A stretch of 64,000 bases of DNA from a virus. Taxonomy: Duplodnaviria > Heunggongvirae > Uroviricota > Caudoviricetes. Shown here one piece after another: positions 18,514-27,291 of this stretch. The translations under genes and the position numbers were made by a program. Each line of letters begins with the position of its first letter. Positions within the stretch are counted from its first letter, which is position 1. A model generated the notes under the pieces. That model worked only from the letters and a program-made list of their open reading frames with translations, had not been told where the DNA came from and did not search any database. The DNA is taken from positions 94,796 through 158,795 of IMG/VR virus record IMGVR_UViG_3300049044_000033; one strand, written 5' to 3'.

Positions 18514-18830
18514 GCCAACACTACCTTTCCGAGACCTTTAGATTTTTCAACTTCGACCACAAAGTCGGTGAGTTCGACTGTATAATCGCCGCGGATTACA
18601 TAGCAGCGCTCACCGAGATCACGAGCGTCCTCCGGGGGAGGCATATTGGTTGCTGGATCACGATCCTGAAATGCGCTCCCAGTTGATTGCGGAACGGGAT
18701 AAATGCTGAGGGATTCCTGTTCGATCTCTACCGTGCTCGTCGGAGCATGATGAGGAAGAGCCGAGAATCGTCCATATTCAAGTTTCACCTGCTGGATGAT
18801 CTTGAACAGTTTGACACAGACTGTGGTCAT
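18510..18830 (-). CDS. Hypothetical protein
   Basis: ATGA overlap with nadE stop. Confidence 0.6.
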   Translation of the reverse strand: MTTVCVKLFKIIQQVKLEYGRFSALPHHAPTSTVEIEQESLSIYPVPQSTGSAFQDRDPATNMPPPEDARDLGERCYVIRGDYTVELTDFVVEVEKSKGLGKVVLA

Positions 18831-19831
18831 TCGGGCCTCCACGCTGGATTGTTCCATCCGTTAGTAACACCAGTTTGGAGAATGTCAAGGTGAACTGCGG
18901 GCGACCGCCCCAGATATTTGTGGGCGTTATAGCGATGCATCCGCTCCAGGTTCTCGACGAACTCATCATACTGTCGATGCTCGTCTTCGCTTGCGAGCTC
19001 CTCCATACACTGGTCAACCATCGCACAAGCATTGGCGTCCCACTTCATGTGCGTGAAGAGCTCGACGAAATCGTAGGGCGCGCCGAAGACCACCTCGTCA
19101 GTGGTTGCATCAAACATATCACCGGTCGGCGCACGATCGAGCACTGCCTGCGGCACCCCGAGGAGACGACCGACTTCGTAGACTTCGCTTTTGAAAAGGT
19201 CGCTGATCAGCTGAATGTCGACCATGCCGTCGCTGGCCTTGCCGAAATATCCCAGGTAGCCGCCTTCGCTGAGGTTGGTAGTGCCGATGACCAGACCAGG
19301 CTTACCCTGTGCTGCTAGGACGCTAGTCACATAATAGTAGGTTGGGGTTCGGGCATAGCTAGTGACCTGACCTCGGCACCAATCTTCCTTGTCTTCCTTG
19401 GGAAGACCAATGCCGCTGTAGAGTTCGACTTCCTTGATGATCGCGTCAGTGATGGCGCTCATATTGACTTCGAAGAATCGGACGCCAAATTCCTCACAGA
19501 CTTCCTCAGCCAGTGATGCTGCTTCGTCCTGCCCCGTAACGCCTTCATTCTGTCGATCAGGCATTGTGATCGCTATGACGTTCTGGATTGGGCTGTCTTC
19601 CTGTCGGCTAGCCATGTCCACAATCCCTAGGACCACTGCGCTGTCGATCCCGCCCGATACTGCGACTACAGCACTCTTCAGACCAGCCTGTCGGTAGTAG
19701 GCATTGAGTAGATTGATCTTCTCATCCACATAAGTCGCGGGGGCAAAATTGCGCTCTTTCCGCACCATCTTGAGTGCTTCCTTGAGGGCCGGGCCGAGAA
19801 CCATGTCGGTCGAGTGATTACGAATTTCCAT
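18827..19831 (-). CDS. nadE: NH3-dependent NAD+ synthetase
   Basis: VVAVSGGIDSAV (PP-loop), GTTNLSE...GYFGK.SDG..DIQLISDL.KSEV, APTGDM. Confidence 0.92.
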   Translation of the reverse strand: MEIRNHSTDMVLGPALKEALKMVRKERNFAPATYVDEKINLLNAYYRQAGLKSAVVAVSGGIDSAVVLGIVDMASRQEDSPIQNVIAITMPDRQNEGVTGQDEAASLAEEVCEEFGVRFFEVNMSAITDAIIKEVELYSGIGLPKEDKEDWCRGQVTSYARTPTYYYVTSVLAAQGKPGLVIGTTNLSEGGYLGYFGKASDGMVDIQLISDLFKSEVYEVGRLLGVPQAVLDRAPTGDMFDATTDEVVFGAPYDFVELFTHMKWDANACAMVDQCMEELASEDEHRQYDEFVENLERMHRYNAHKYLGRSPAVHLDILQTGVTNGWNNPAWRPE

Positions 19832-20064
19832 TAGCGGTTCTCCTCAAGGAATGCTTTTGCGGCTTCAACGTCTCCGCCGCGGCGCTCGACGCGACGAAGG
19901 AAAAGTTTCTCGCAGTCGCCGTCGCTGATAGGACCACCTGCATAGCCTTCATGCTCCTCGAGGTAAACAACCTCGCCGTCCTTGAACTCAAGGTGGAACC
20001 AGACCTTGCTTTCCGGTGGATTTGCGAAACGCGGCTTGTCGATAGTGAAAGTTTTCAGGTCCAT
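19831..20064 (-). CDS. Hypothetical protein
   Basis: Start at MDLKTF after AGAGGT; TAATG coupling to nadE. Confidence 0.65.
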   Translation of the reverse strand: MDLKTFTIDKPRFANPPESKVWFHLEFKDGEVVYLEEHEGYAGGPISDGDCEKLFLRRVERRGGDVEAAKAFLEENR

Positions 20065-20065
20065 T

Positions 20066-20251
20066 TTAACCTCTTTCGATCTTTGTGGGAACAAACTGAT
20101 CTGTTATTGCGAGACGTTCTCGAACTTGTGATTCAGTTCGAAGCTGGCGATCTCGGAATGTGAGTTGGAGACGTTCGATTGAATCATGGAAGGAATAACC
20201 GTAAACCTTCCATTCTGGTCCGTAAAGTTTATCAATTATTCTACGGAACAC
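20066..20251 (-). CDS. Hypothetical protein
   Basis: GTG start after cassette RBS. Confidence 0.65.
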   Translation of the reverse strand: MFRRIIDKLYGPEWKVYGYSFHDSIERLQLTFRDRQLRTESQVRERLAITDQFVPTKIERG

Positions 20252-20310
20252 TTCGATCTCCTGTTTGCTTCTATTGGATCACAATAACAGCAAACAGGTT
20301 TGCGTCAACC
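20252..20310 (-). promoter_or_regulatory. Hairpin promoter/RBS cassette driving the nadE operon
   Basis: TTGACG; CCTGTTTGCT/AGCAAACAGG 10-bp IR at 20260-20298. Confidence 0.8.
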
Positions 20311-20313
20311 AGT

Positions 20314-21063
20314 TTATCGGCTTCCGCTGAGCTTCATCATAAGAGCCGTATCCTTCAAGGTCATAGGCATCTTCATGATCTTGTCAGTCTGATTTTCGAC
20401 GAGAGGGATGCGCTCTAAGGCACCATTTTCGCAGCTTTCGAGAACTACTCGCTCATGATCACTGTAGCCCATAACCTTACAGACATCCAAGCCAGCACCA
20501 TAGAGTCTTGCAACGACTACTAGGTCCCCAGCGGCAACGTCTTGACCTAGTCGGTCTTCAAAAGTCGCTGGGCGCTTTGTCTCATCCAAACAGAAGACTT
20601 CGGGGCCATCATAGTCAATCAAGAGACTGATCGAATCAGTAACATCGCTGTTCATGAAGCCTGGGAACAAAATACCCCCATTCATCTTCATCATTTCTAA
20701 GCTACGATCAGACCAAAAATAATAGGTTAGCCTCCTATCGCAGTATTCATATTCCTTCTTTGGATCATACTTCTTGCCGTAATCTCTGAACTTATAACCA
20801 CGACTAGGGCGATAGTCTTCTGGATTAAACCACCAGCCCCTGACTGCATCTCGATCAGTCTGAGCTTTGACGATGGTTCCCTTATTGATACCTTTAGTGA
20901 ACTTGACGAAGACTTCAGACTTCTTTGCCTCATTGATCACTAAATCGATATTAGCATCACGCTCGGCAAGCTTCTTAATCTCGCCAGGGGTGAGGTTTTT
21001 CGTGGGAAGAACGTCCGAGGTTAGACTGAAGGTCCCTGAACTTTTGAGCTTGATTTCTTTCAT
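20314..21063 (-). CDS. Hypothetical protein with SH3/KOW-like C-terminal domain; paralog of 57633..58394
   Basis: KFTKG.NKGTI and DRLGQDVAAGDLVVV shared with paralog; leaderless start. Confidence 0.75.
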   Translation of the reverse strand: MKEIKLKSSGTFSLTSDVLPTKNLTPGEIKKLAERDANIDLVINEAKKSEVFVKFTKGINKGTIVKAQTDRDAVRGWWFNPEDYRPSRGYKFRDYGKKYDPKKEYEYCDRRLTYYFWSDRSLEMMKMNGGILFPGFMNSDVTDSISLLIDYDGPEVFCLDETKRPATFEDRLGQDVAAGDLVVVARLYGAGLDVCKVMGYSDHERVVLESCENGALERIPLVENQTDKIMKMPMTLKDTALMMKLSGSR

Positions 21064-21099
21064 AAGAGATAGGTAGCGAACCACCTATCTCTACGTCAA
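21061..21099 (-). promoter_or_regulatory. Leaderless hairpin promoter
   Basis: TTGACG then AGAGATAGGTGG-TTCG-CTACCTATCTCT, then T-ATG. Confidence 0.75.
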
Positions 21100-21102
21100 T
21101 AT

Positions 21103-21189
21103 TCACGCGCTAGTGATATTCAGGTCCGGGATAACAACACCGTAGAGAACGAAAGCACCGACGATCAGGGTAAGGATTGAACCAAGCAT
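21103..21189 (-). CDS. 28-aa single-TM peptide (not in ORF track)
   Basis: MLGSILTLIVGAFVLYGVVIPDLNITSA; TAAGGAG RBS. Confidence 0.55.
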   Translation of the reverse strand: MLGSILTLIVGAFVLYGVVIPDLNITSA

Positions 21190-21239
21190 TTCGAACTCCT
21201 TAAGTGACTTCTTCCCACCTTTTACTGTATATTAGGTGA

Positions 21240-21797
21240 ATGTCAAGGTGGGAATATGTTCTGTTCGATCTGGAGTGCGACGGGTTCAAACCCAAGCGCA
21301 TCTGGGTGATTTGTCTAATCGACCTCATCACTCGTGAACGCAAGTCGTTCGTTGGTCCTGACGCTATAGCAGAAGCGATTATGATCCTGCAAGCAGCAAA
21401 ATTGCTTGTGGGTCACAATATCAAAACCTTTGACGTGCGGGTGATTGAGAAGATCATGGAAGGTGCGGTTACATTTGATCGCAACCTCGTCCTCGATACG
21501 CTTCACTTGAGTAAGGCTCTCGTGAATATGTCCAATCACAGCCTAGAAGCTTGGGGAGAGATCCTCGGGGTTCCCAAACTCGACACACCTTTTGGCTGGT
21601 TCAAGTTTGATCCCCGAATGGTTCCCTACTGTGAACGCGACGTAGACTTAAATCTACAGGTCTTTCTTGCCCTGTGGGCTATCATGGAGAACCGCCATGG
21701 GGACAAGATCCCACCCAAATGGCAGATGCTTACAGAGTATCGCAGCGCAATTAGCGCGCCACTAATCCAACCCCTCCAAGGATCTTCCCCTCTTTGA
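21240..21797 (+). CDS. Stand-alone DEDDy 3'-5' exonuclease (family A polymerase-type)
   Basis: FDLECDG (ExoI), GHNIKTFD (ExoII), DTL.LSK, HSLEAWG, YCERDV (ExoIII). Confidence 0.88.
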   Translation: MSRWEYVLFDLECDGFKPKRIWVICLIDLITRERKSFVGPDAIAEAIMILQAAKLLVGHNIKTFDVRVIEKIMEGAVTFDRNLVLDTLHLSKALVNMSNHSLEAWGEILGVPKLDTPFGWFKFDPRMVPYCERDVDLNLQVFLALWAIMENRHGDKIPPKWQMLTEYRSAISAPLIQPLQGSSPL

Positions 21798-22200
21798 AGA
21801 GGAGGTCACCTAGTTTAGCATCAGACCAGTTTGGTGCACCAGAATGTCCGTTCATGATCTGAAGCACAAGTTTCCATTCCCACAAACTACGCAGCGGACG
21901 GAAACATACTGGCATCTCTCCGCCTTCACGGACGATAGACAACCTGCTGATATCCATAACAGTCAGGTCTTTGAGATCCGCATCGCGCCAATCAGTTCCA
22001 TCCCTAGCTGACCAGAAGTCTTGTCCATAGGTAGCCTTCTTGTATTGCTCGCATTGTTCCTCAATTTGAAGAACGAGAACCGGCTCCTTCTGAAACATCT
22101 TCTTGAGGAGACGAAACCGAACCTGTCCAGTCATGAAATATCGAAATCGAGTGTTGTCGATTTCTGAATAACGATAGGAACGGTCTTGCTTAGTGGCCAT
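21751..22200 (-). CDS. Hypothetical protein with internal tandem duplication
   Basis: FR...LVLQI...W.DA.L.DL occurs twice. Confidence 0.7.
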   Translation of the reverse strand: MATKQDRSYRYSEIDNTRFRYFMTGQVRFRLLKKMFQKEPVLVLQIEEQCEQYKKATYGQDFWSARDGTDWRDADLKDLTVMDISRLSIVREGGEMPVCFRPLRSLWEWKLVLQIMNGHSGAPNWSDAKLGDLLFKEGKILGGVGLVAR

Positions 22201-22808
22201 TATGGGATAATCTCTACAAATGCGCGCTTCTTGCGTGGTCCAAGTTCATGACGACCGAGCTCAAGCGGCTTGTCCCAACCGTTCTTGCGGGCCTGACTCA
22301 CTGAGGGAAAGAAGCCTAGGTCGACCATCAAGTGAGCCATCAAGGGCTTGCCCTGAGCTGTCATCTCCTCGATGCTGACCTTCTCTGCCAGCTTCTGAGG
22401 ATCACCGTTTGCGTCAATGTCCCACCAACCACGCTCGGCACCTTCCTTGATGTCGAAGGCATTGCGGCGCTTCAGATCCTCAAACCACTGCGCTTTTGTG
22501 CGCGGGTTGCCGTCATCGTCTTCGCCCCAGAACTGTAGGTCATCCTCGCGGACGATCGTGACAGTCTTATCATGGAATGAGAAGTTTCTCCGCAATGGCT
22601 CAGAATTATCCTCAGCCAAACCAGGATCAGGCATGTCGAAGAAGTGAACCTCATTAATCTTCTCAACCGAAGAGTCGATCAATGTTTCGCCTTCCCACTG
22701 CTCAGTAGTGATCTCCTGAACGGTGTGAAACTCCCTCATACCAGGCGTGACAAAATTTCCAGACGGGAAGGTAACGCGAATGGGTCCTTTTATTTTACGT
22801 TCCTGCAT
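22200..22808 (-). CDS. Protein with C-terminal S4-like (TyrRS-type) RNA-binding motif
   Basis: LMVDLGFFPSVSQARKNGW resembles the TyrRS S4 motif. Confidence 0.6.
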   Translation of the reverse strand: MQERKIKGPIRVTFPSGNFVTPGMREFHTVQEITTEQWEGETLIDSSVEKINEVHFFDMPDPGLAEDNSEPLRRNFSFHDKTVTIVREDDLQFWGEDDDGNPRTKAQWFEDLKRRNAFDIKEGAERGWWDIDANGDPQKLAEKVSIEEMTAQGKPLMAHLMVDLGFFPSVSQARKNGWDKPLELGRHELGPRKKRAFVEIIP

Positions 22809-22853
22809 TACATTCTCCTTTCACACCTGCTCTATAGGCAGAAAGGTTAGATG

Positions 22854-23060
22854 TCAATCGGATTTAGATTCCCGATGAACGTTAACTAGAACGATCAGAG
22901 CGAACATCAAAGATGCAAAACCGAGGCCAATTTGCAAATTAGGAAAGGGACAAGTTGCAACCACGAAAGACCAGATTCCCGAAACCACTGCGACCTGTCG
23001 AAACTCCCAACGGGTCATGTCTTCTAGTAGCTTGCGCTTTTTGGGTTCTTTTAGATCCAT
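22854..23060 (-). CDS. Small two-TM protein
   Basis: Hydrophobic segments. Confidence 0.65.
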   Translation of the reverse strand: MDLKEPKKRKLLEDMTRWEFRQVAVVSGIWSFVVATCPFPNLQIGLGFASLMFALIVLVNVHRESKSD

Positions 23061-23431
23061 GGATTGAGTCCCTTCAAAATGTCTTCACGGTCGTCAACAT
23101 CAATCGGCCCAATACCAAGAGCCGTAATCATCGGCCTAGGGAAGACTGTCTTCCCTGCATCCTTAATCAACGCCGTGCCACACTTGTCTTTGTAGAGACG
23201 GGACAATTGATGTAGAGTCTCCTCATTGGCAATTAGGCAGATCTTAGGCGTACCTGATCCGAGGATATAGCGGACAGCCAATTCAATGGCTTTGAAGTTG
23301 AGGCGAAGGAATGGAGAGACGAGAGCGCCGCAGAACGCATGGCCAATCTGGGCTCCCATTTTGCCACGATTGCCGTTAGAAGCCTTTACCGCTTCCTCAC
23401 TCACAACACAGTAGAGCCTAATATCTTTCAT
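23051..23431 (-). CDS. pth2: Peptidyl-tRNA hydrolase, Pth2 type
   Basis: GKMGAQIGHA, PKICL, IKDAGKT, TALGIGP. Confidence 0.88.
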   Translation of the reverse strand: MKDIRLYCVVSEEAVKASNGNRGKMGAQIGHAFCGALVSPFLRLNFKAIELAVRYILGSGTPKICLIANEETLHQLSRLYKDKCGTALIKDAGKTVFPRPMITALGIGPIDVDDREDILKGLNPWI

Positions 23432-23742
23432 TTTCTGGTAAGACTTTCCATGATAAGTTGCTGCGCGAGTTTTGGGTTTCGAGCACTATAGAGTTTGGCA
23501 CCAGTTCTAAAGACCAACATGTCAAGACGATGCATCTCATCATCCATCCATCTTTCCCTGAAATTGTCTTGGAAGGACCTCACGTAGAGATGGGTAAGGT
23601 GCCACAATTGACGCATTGGCATCCGCTCATACAATCGAGCAATCCGTCTATCGCCGGCACGTTTATTGTGGTAAGAGCGGTATTCCCTCATTACCTCTTT
23701 GAACTCTTCCCTAAGGGCAGTGATGTGATTAGGACGGGCCAT
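23428..23742 (-). CDS. Hypothetical protein
   Basis: Leaderless-type promoter; ATGA coupling to pth2. Confidence 0.65.
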   Translation of the reverse strand: MARPNHITALREEFKEVMREYRSYHNKRAGDRRIARLYERMPMRQLWHLTHLYVRSFQDNFRERWMDDEMHRLDMLVFRTGAKLYSARNPKLAQQLIMESLTRK

Positions 23743-23773
23743 TACGTCGCTTTAGCGGTAGAATTCCCGTTAG

Positions 23774-23929
23774 TCAATTTTTGAGGAAGTCTGCGACCTC
23801 TTTACAGCATTGGCCACATTTGATCTCGCAACCAAGCATCCTGTAAGCCACACACGGGCTCTTTGCGCCGGCTGCTTTCACCCTAGTGAGCTTCTTGTCA
23901 TTGATGTTATTACAGGAACAGATGATCAC
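23774..23929 (-). CDS. bfd: BFD-like [2Fe-2S] ferredoxin (51 aa, not in ORF track)
   Basis: Own translation MIICSCNNINDKKLTRVKAAGAKSPCVAYRMLGCEIKCGQCCKEVADFLKN; CxC...CGxC motif. Confidence 0.8.
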   Translation of the reverse strand: MIICSCNNINDKKLTRVKAAGAKSPCVAYRMLGCEIKCGQCCKEVADFLKN

Positions 23930-23937
23930 AAACCTAT

Positions 23938-24222
23938 TTACTCTTTAGTGAGTCGCCATTCTACTGCGGCCTTGATGCCGTGTTTCTTAGCATAATAATA
24001 GAGTTCACCGTCTTTAGCAAATTTCACAATTAAATTGTGATACTCTTCTCTGAAACCAACTCTCCAAACATCTGGTTGCTCGAGATCATCTACATATTTC
24101 TGAGCAAAGACCCAAAGTTCCCGCATGTTCTTATGAGCAGGATTGAATTGGTTCTGTTCATACCAAAATCGAAGATCAGTGTAGCTCTTCTTCAATCGTT
24201 CCCGTAGATCGTCAATTGTCAT
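23938..24222 (-). CDS. Hypothetical protein; tandem paralog of 24212..24496
   Basis: YYYAKKHGIKAAVEWRLT. Confidence 0.7.
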   Translation of the reverse strand: MTIDDLRERLKKSYTDLRFWYEQNQFNPAHKNMRELWVFAQKYVDDLEQPDVWRVGFREEYHNLIVKFAKDGELYYYAKKHGIKAAVEWRLTKE

Positions 24223-24496
24223 AGGAAAGCTTCATCAACATAGCAGACTGTAACCCGTACTTCTTGGCGTGATAGTAGATCTCACAGGCGCGATCTAGCT
24301 TCGACAGAACTTCATTGTAGTGATCAGCGTTGAGGTGACTATTGAGAACGCGCTTATTGCGCTTCCAAACCTGTCGCATTGTGCCAGGTCTCTTCGGTTC
24401 CGGTTTATACATTAGGACATTTATTTCTTTGCGGTACTCCATAAAGTCTGCAAATGCGGCAGTGGCGTTATTCCGCAAATCCTGAAGAGTAGTCAT
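24212..24496 (-). CDS. Hypothetical protein; tandem paralog of 23938..24222
   Basis: YYHAKKYGLQSAMLMKLS. Confidence 0.7.
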   Translation of the reverse strand: MTTLQDLRNNATAAFADFMEYRKEINVLMYKPEPKRPGTMRQVWKRNKRVLNSHLNADHYNEVLSKLDRACEIYYHAKKYGLQSAMLMKLSYDN

Positions 24497-24777
24497 TAGA
24501 TCTTACCTGACATGCGTAGACGCCGAGCGCGTCGAAAAGCCCAAGATTCAAATCGAGCGAGACGATTATCCCAAACGAGCCAACTCTCTGTTAATCGCTT
24601 CATTTCCCGCTTGTAAGGTTGATACGCACGAGCAACTCGTTTGTATTCCTCACTAGTGGGAAACTCTGTAGAATAAGATGGTCGACTAGCTCTAGCGGCG
24701 GACCAGAAGCGATCCAAATAATCCTTGCGGGCTTTTTTCCGCAAACGATATGCTAGAGTCAAGGGAGAAAAATACAT
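24496..24777 (-). CDS. Hypothetical basic protein
   Basis: Leaderless hairpin promoter at 24778-24816. Confidence 0.65.
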   Translation of the reverse strand: MYFSPLTLAYRLRKKARKDYLDRFWSAARASRPSYSTEFPTSEEYKRVARAYQPYKREMKRLTESWLVWDNRLARFESWAFRRARRLRMSGKI

Positions 24778-24811
24778 CACTCTACCCAATTATGTAGGTA
24801 GAGGTGAACTG

Positions 24812-25033
24812 TCAAGAGCTTTTTGGACGAACCTTATCTGCTTCTTCGGCCAGTTTCTCGGCGGCCATATGGATCCACATCGCAAGCCGGAGCATTTTCT
24901 CATACGGCTTCATGTCAAAACTGGATATCAGAGCCTTGGAGTCATTCTGAAGTTGGATCTCAACATTGTTGTCGAGAGTCCTCACAAGGGTAAAACTTGC
25001 GAGCACTTGCCCCTCAGAATTACTTTCCGCCAC
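24812..25033 (-). CDS. Hypothetical protein
   Basis: Packing; stop overlaps next -35. Confidence 0.6.
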   Translation of the reverse strand: MAESNSEGQVLASFTLVRTLDNNVEIQLQNDSKALISSFDMKPYEKMLRLAMWIHMAAEKLAEEADKVRPKSS

Positions 25034-25271
25034 TTCTCGCTTCCTTGTTGGTCTTAACTGCGACCACTATAGCATGGTAGAGAAACTTTTCTAGCCCCGG
25101 CCGTGCGATACTTTTGAGCTTCTCTTCCAAGACAGCTTTGACCTCAGGGACCATCCCGTCGCCATTCTTTATATAAGTGGCAAGGTCTATTTGAGACACG
25201 ATAGCAAAGCGGAGCATGTCGTCGCTTTCGTTCTTGAAACCTTCAAGAAGAGGATGGTCCCGATATTCCAT
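25020..25271 (-). CDS. Hypothetical protein
   Basis: TAATG coupling. Confidence 0.65.
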   Translation of the reverse strand: MEYRDHPLLEGFKNESDDMLRFAIVSQIDLATYIKNGDGMVPEVKAVLEEKLKSIARPGLEKFLYHAIVVAVKTNKEARSGGK

Positions 25272-25873
25272 TAGATTCCAATCCCACGCCTAGGAGTAAC
25301 AGGCGCTTCGCTTGGGGTAAACTTCGGTTCCTCGTCGGGAGCGTCGCCGGCAAAAGGATCACCCTTTGCACCAATGGACCGCATACAACGCGCCATCGCG
25401 AGTGTAGCAGCACGAGTTCCAGAGAGACTCAAGTTCGCGATCGAGGTGCCGTTCCGACGAATGTGGATAGTATTCGAAAGCGCAAATTCGTAGAGGAAAT
25501 TGTCGCCATCGCTGTTGGTCTTGATGCTGCGAATAAACACCAAGCCGGGACCGTCACTGTCGATCCTCTTTGAGGCAACCGATGTTACTGTCCATTCGCC
25601 CAGGTTGTCGAACTCGATATCTAGCTTGTAGACACCTTTGTCTGTAAGTGACGTCCACTTGTGGTTCTGAACTGCAAAAGTGAGCTGTTCCTGTGCGACG
25701 TCATCGGCTTCGGCGAGAACTGAAAAGGTGCTGCCACCCTCAAACGATGCCCAGAGGAAACACGCATCCGACGAGCGCCTGAGATTCCATCCGCCTACTT
25801 CGATAACATCAGCAGATGCGGGTACTGAAGCAAGCAGAACTGCTGCGGCAAGAATGCCCTTTACGATCTTCAT
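25271..25873 (-). CDS. Secreted/periplasmic protein
   Basis: Signal peptide MKIVKGILAAAVLLASVPASA; GGW...C...LSGTRAA...C pattern. Confidence 0.75.
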   Translation of the reverse strand: MKIVKGILAAAVLLASVPASADVIEVGGWNLRRSSDACFLWASFEGGSTFSVLAEADDVAQEQLTFAVQNHKWTSLTDKGVYKLDIEFDNLGEWTVTSVASKRIDSDGPGLVFIRSIKTNSDGDNFLYEFALSNTIHIRRNGTSIANLSLSGTRAATLAMARCMRSIGAKGDPFAGDAPDEEPKFTPSEAPVTPRRGIGI

Positions 25874-25919
25874 AAAATCCTCCTTTGTTACCTATGTGGT
25901 AACACGAATAGGAAGGATG

Positions 25920-26108
25920 TCAACCTTTTGGTTGGGACATTCTTTTGAGGATTTCAGCTTGAATTAGAACTAGTCGGGTAAACCATGCTTGAGCTTGCTT
26001 ATTAACATCAGCCCCAATTTCCCAGCCTTTGGCAAAAAGCAGATCATCGATTAATTCCAAGTTAGACCGACTCTCAACATCGTAATCCTCGTCAGGCATT
26101 ACAGTCAT
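25920..26108 (-). CDS. Hypothetical protein
   Basis: GAGGA RBS. Confidence 0.6.
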   Translation of the reverse strand: MTVMPDEDYDVESRSNLELIDDLLFAKGWEIGADVNKQAQAWFTRLVLIQAEILKRMSQPKG

Positions 26109-26117
26109 AGCTTTTCC

Positions 26118-26384
26118 TCAATCCAAGAAAGCTGGGCCAGCATTTCGAAGGCCATTTTCCTTCGCAAGCTCGCGCATATATTCCTGAGCATCATATTCGT
26201 AAATGAACGTCTCACGCGAGGCGAGGTCCCATTCATCCTTTTCGTAATCGCGCACCTGTGCAATGTCGAGACACGACCGATTGCCGCGAGGATAGATCAC
26301 CATCCAAGGACACGAATGGGAAGCCTTAAAGCCTCGGTCCTCGGTGAGGTTCTCTTCCTGCTCAGAATAGCGACGAGTAGCCAT
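26118..26384 (-). CDS. Hypothetical protein
   Basis: Start at MATRRY after GGAGG. Confidence 0.7.
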   Translation of the reverse strand: MATRRYSEQEENLTEDRGFKASHSCPWMVIYPRGNRSCLDIAQVRDYEKDEWDLASRETFIYEYDAQEYMRELAKENGLRNAGPAFLD

Positions 26385-26629
26385 TAGTCTACCTCCCTGA
26401 GATAACCACCCATGAAGCATTCGACGGGTGAGGCATCTTCAGGAGACCGAATAGGCTGCGCTCCAGGATGAGGTGCTTCATCCTGATAGCCTACACGTTT
26501 CCAAGCTTTGTCCCAACTGATGAATTTGCCCTTGTTAGGGAAGTCCTCAGGAAACGGAACAAACGTGACTTTCTTTCCGGGTCCTGACAAGAGGAGTTCC
26601 TTGATCTGCTGCTCGACACCATCGTTCAT
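26384..26629 (-). CDS. Hypothetical protein
   Basis: TGATG coupling to the HD gene. Confidence 0.6.
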   Translation of the reverse strand: MNDGVEQQIKELLLSGPGKKVTFVPFPEDFPNKGKFISWDKAWKRVGYQDEAPHPGAQPIRSPEDASPVECFMGGYLREVD

Positions 26630-27261
26630 CACACTAAATCCCAATCCGAATCCTTGACATCCTGGCGAGCATCAAACTTCGCAAACATGACCCGCATATC
26701 ATCGAAGAGCTTGGGATCGCCCTGCGTGAACCCCTGCCACTGATCCTTCTTCTCCGCTACCCACTTGCGCGCAAAGCCCGGATCGTTAGCCACGATGCTC
26801 GGCATGTTGGACTTCATATCCGCCAGCTTGACAGTCTGCTGCGCTGGATCAGCCCTCCAAGAATGCTCTTTATCCTTGTTTTTACGGAAAGCACGGTTGC
26901 CATCAGCGAGATCGCTAATGTCAGTGACCTGATAAACCCCTGCGACGATCTTTTGCGCAACATCACTGCCATACTGTGCAAAGGCTGCACCCACATCGCC
27001 AAGCGTTTTGTAGGTGTCCTCGACCACATCGTGACAGATCGCAACCGCAACCGTGATTGCATCGCCGTGAATGCTCCGGGCAACCATCTTAGCGACTTGG
27101 ATGGGGTGAACCATATAGGGAGCACCACTATACTTGCGACGCTGGCCGCCCAACACTGGGTCCGGCTTGAGAGCGTGGTTCTCATGTGCGTCTGAGGCGA
27201 AACCAATCGCGGTCAGCACAATGGGATCCTGCATTACATCATATGTGGTATCGTTTGTCAT
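26629..27261 (-). CDS. RelA/SpoT-type HD hydrolase (Mesh1/small alarmone hydrolase-like)
   Basis: FA..AH...RKYSGAPYMVHPIQVA, AICHDVVEDT, VTD, VKLAD..SN. Confidence 0.88.
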   Translation of the reverse strand: MTNDTTYDVMQDPIVLTAIGFASDAHENHALKPDPVLGGQRRKYSGAPYMVHPIQVAKMVARSIHGDAITVAVAICHDVVEDTYKTLGDVGAAFAQYGSDVAQKIVAGVYQVTDISDLADGNRAFRKNKDKEHSWRADPAQQTVKLADMKSNMPSIVANDPGFARKWVAEKKDQWQGFTQGDPKLFDDMRVMFAKFDARQDVKDSDWDLV

Positions 27262-27291
27262 GTAGCCACAATAACACAGGTGGCCAGTTTG

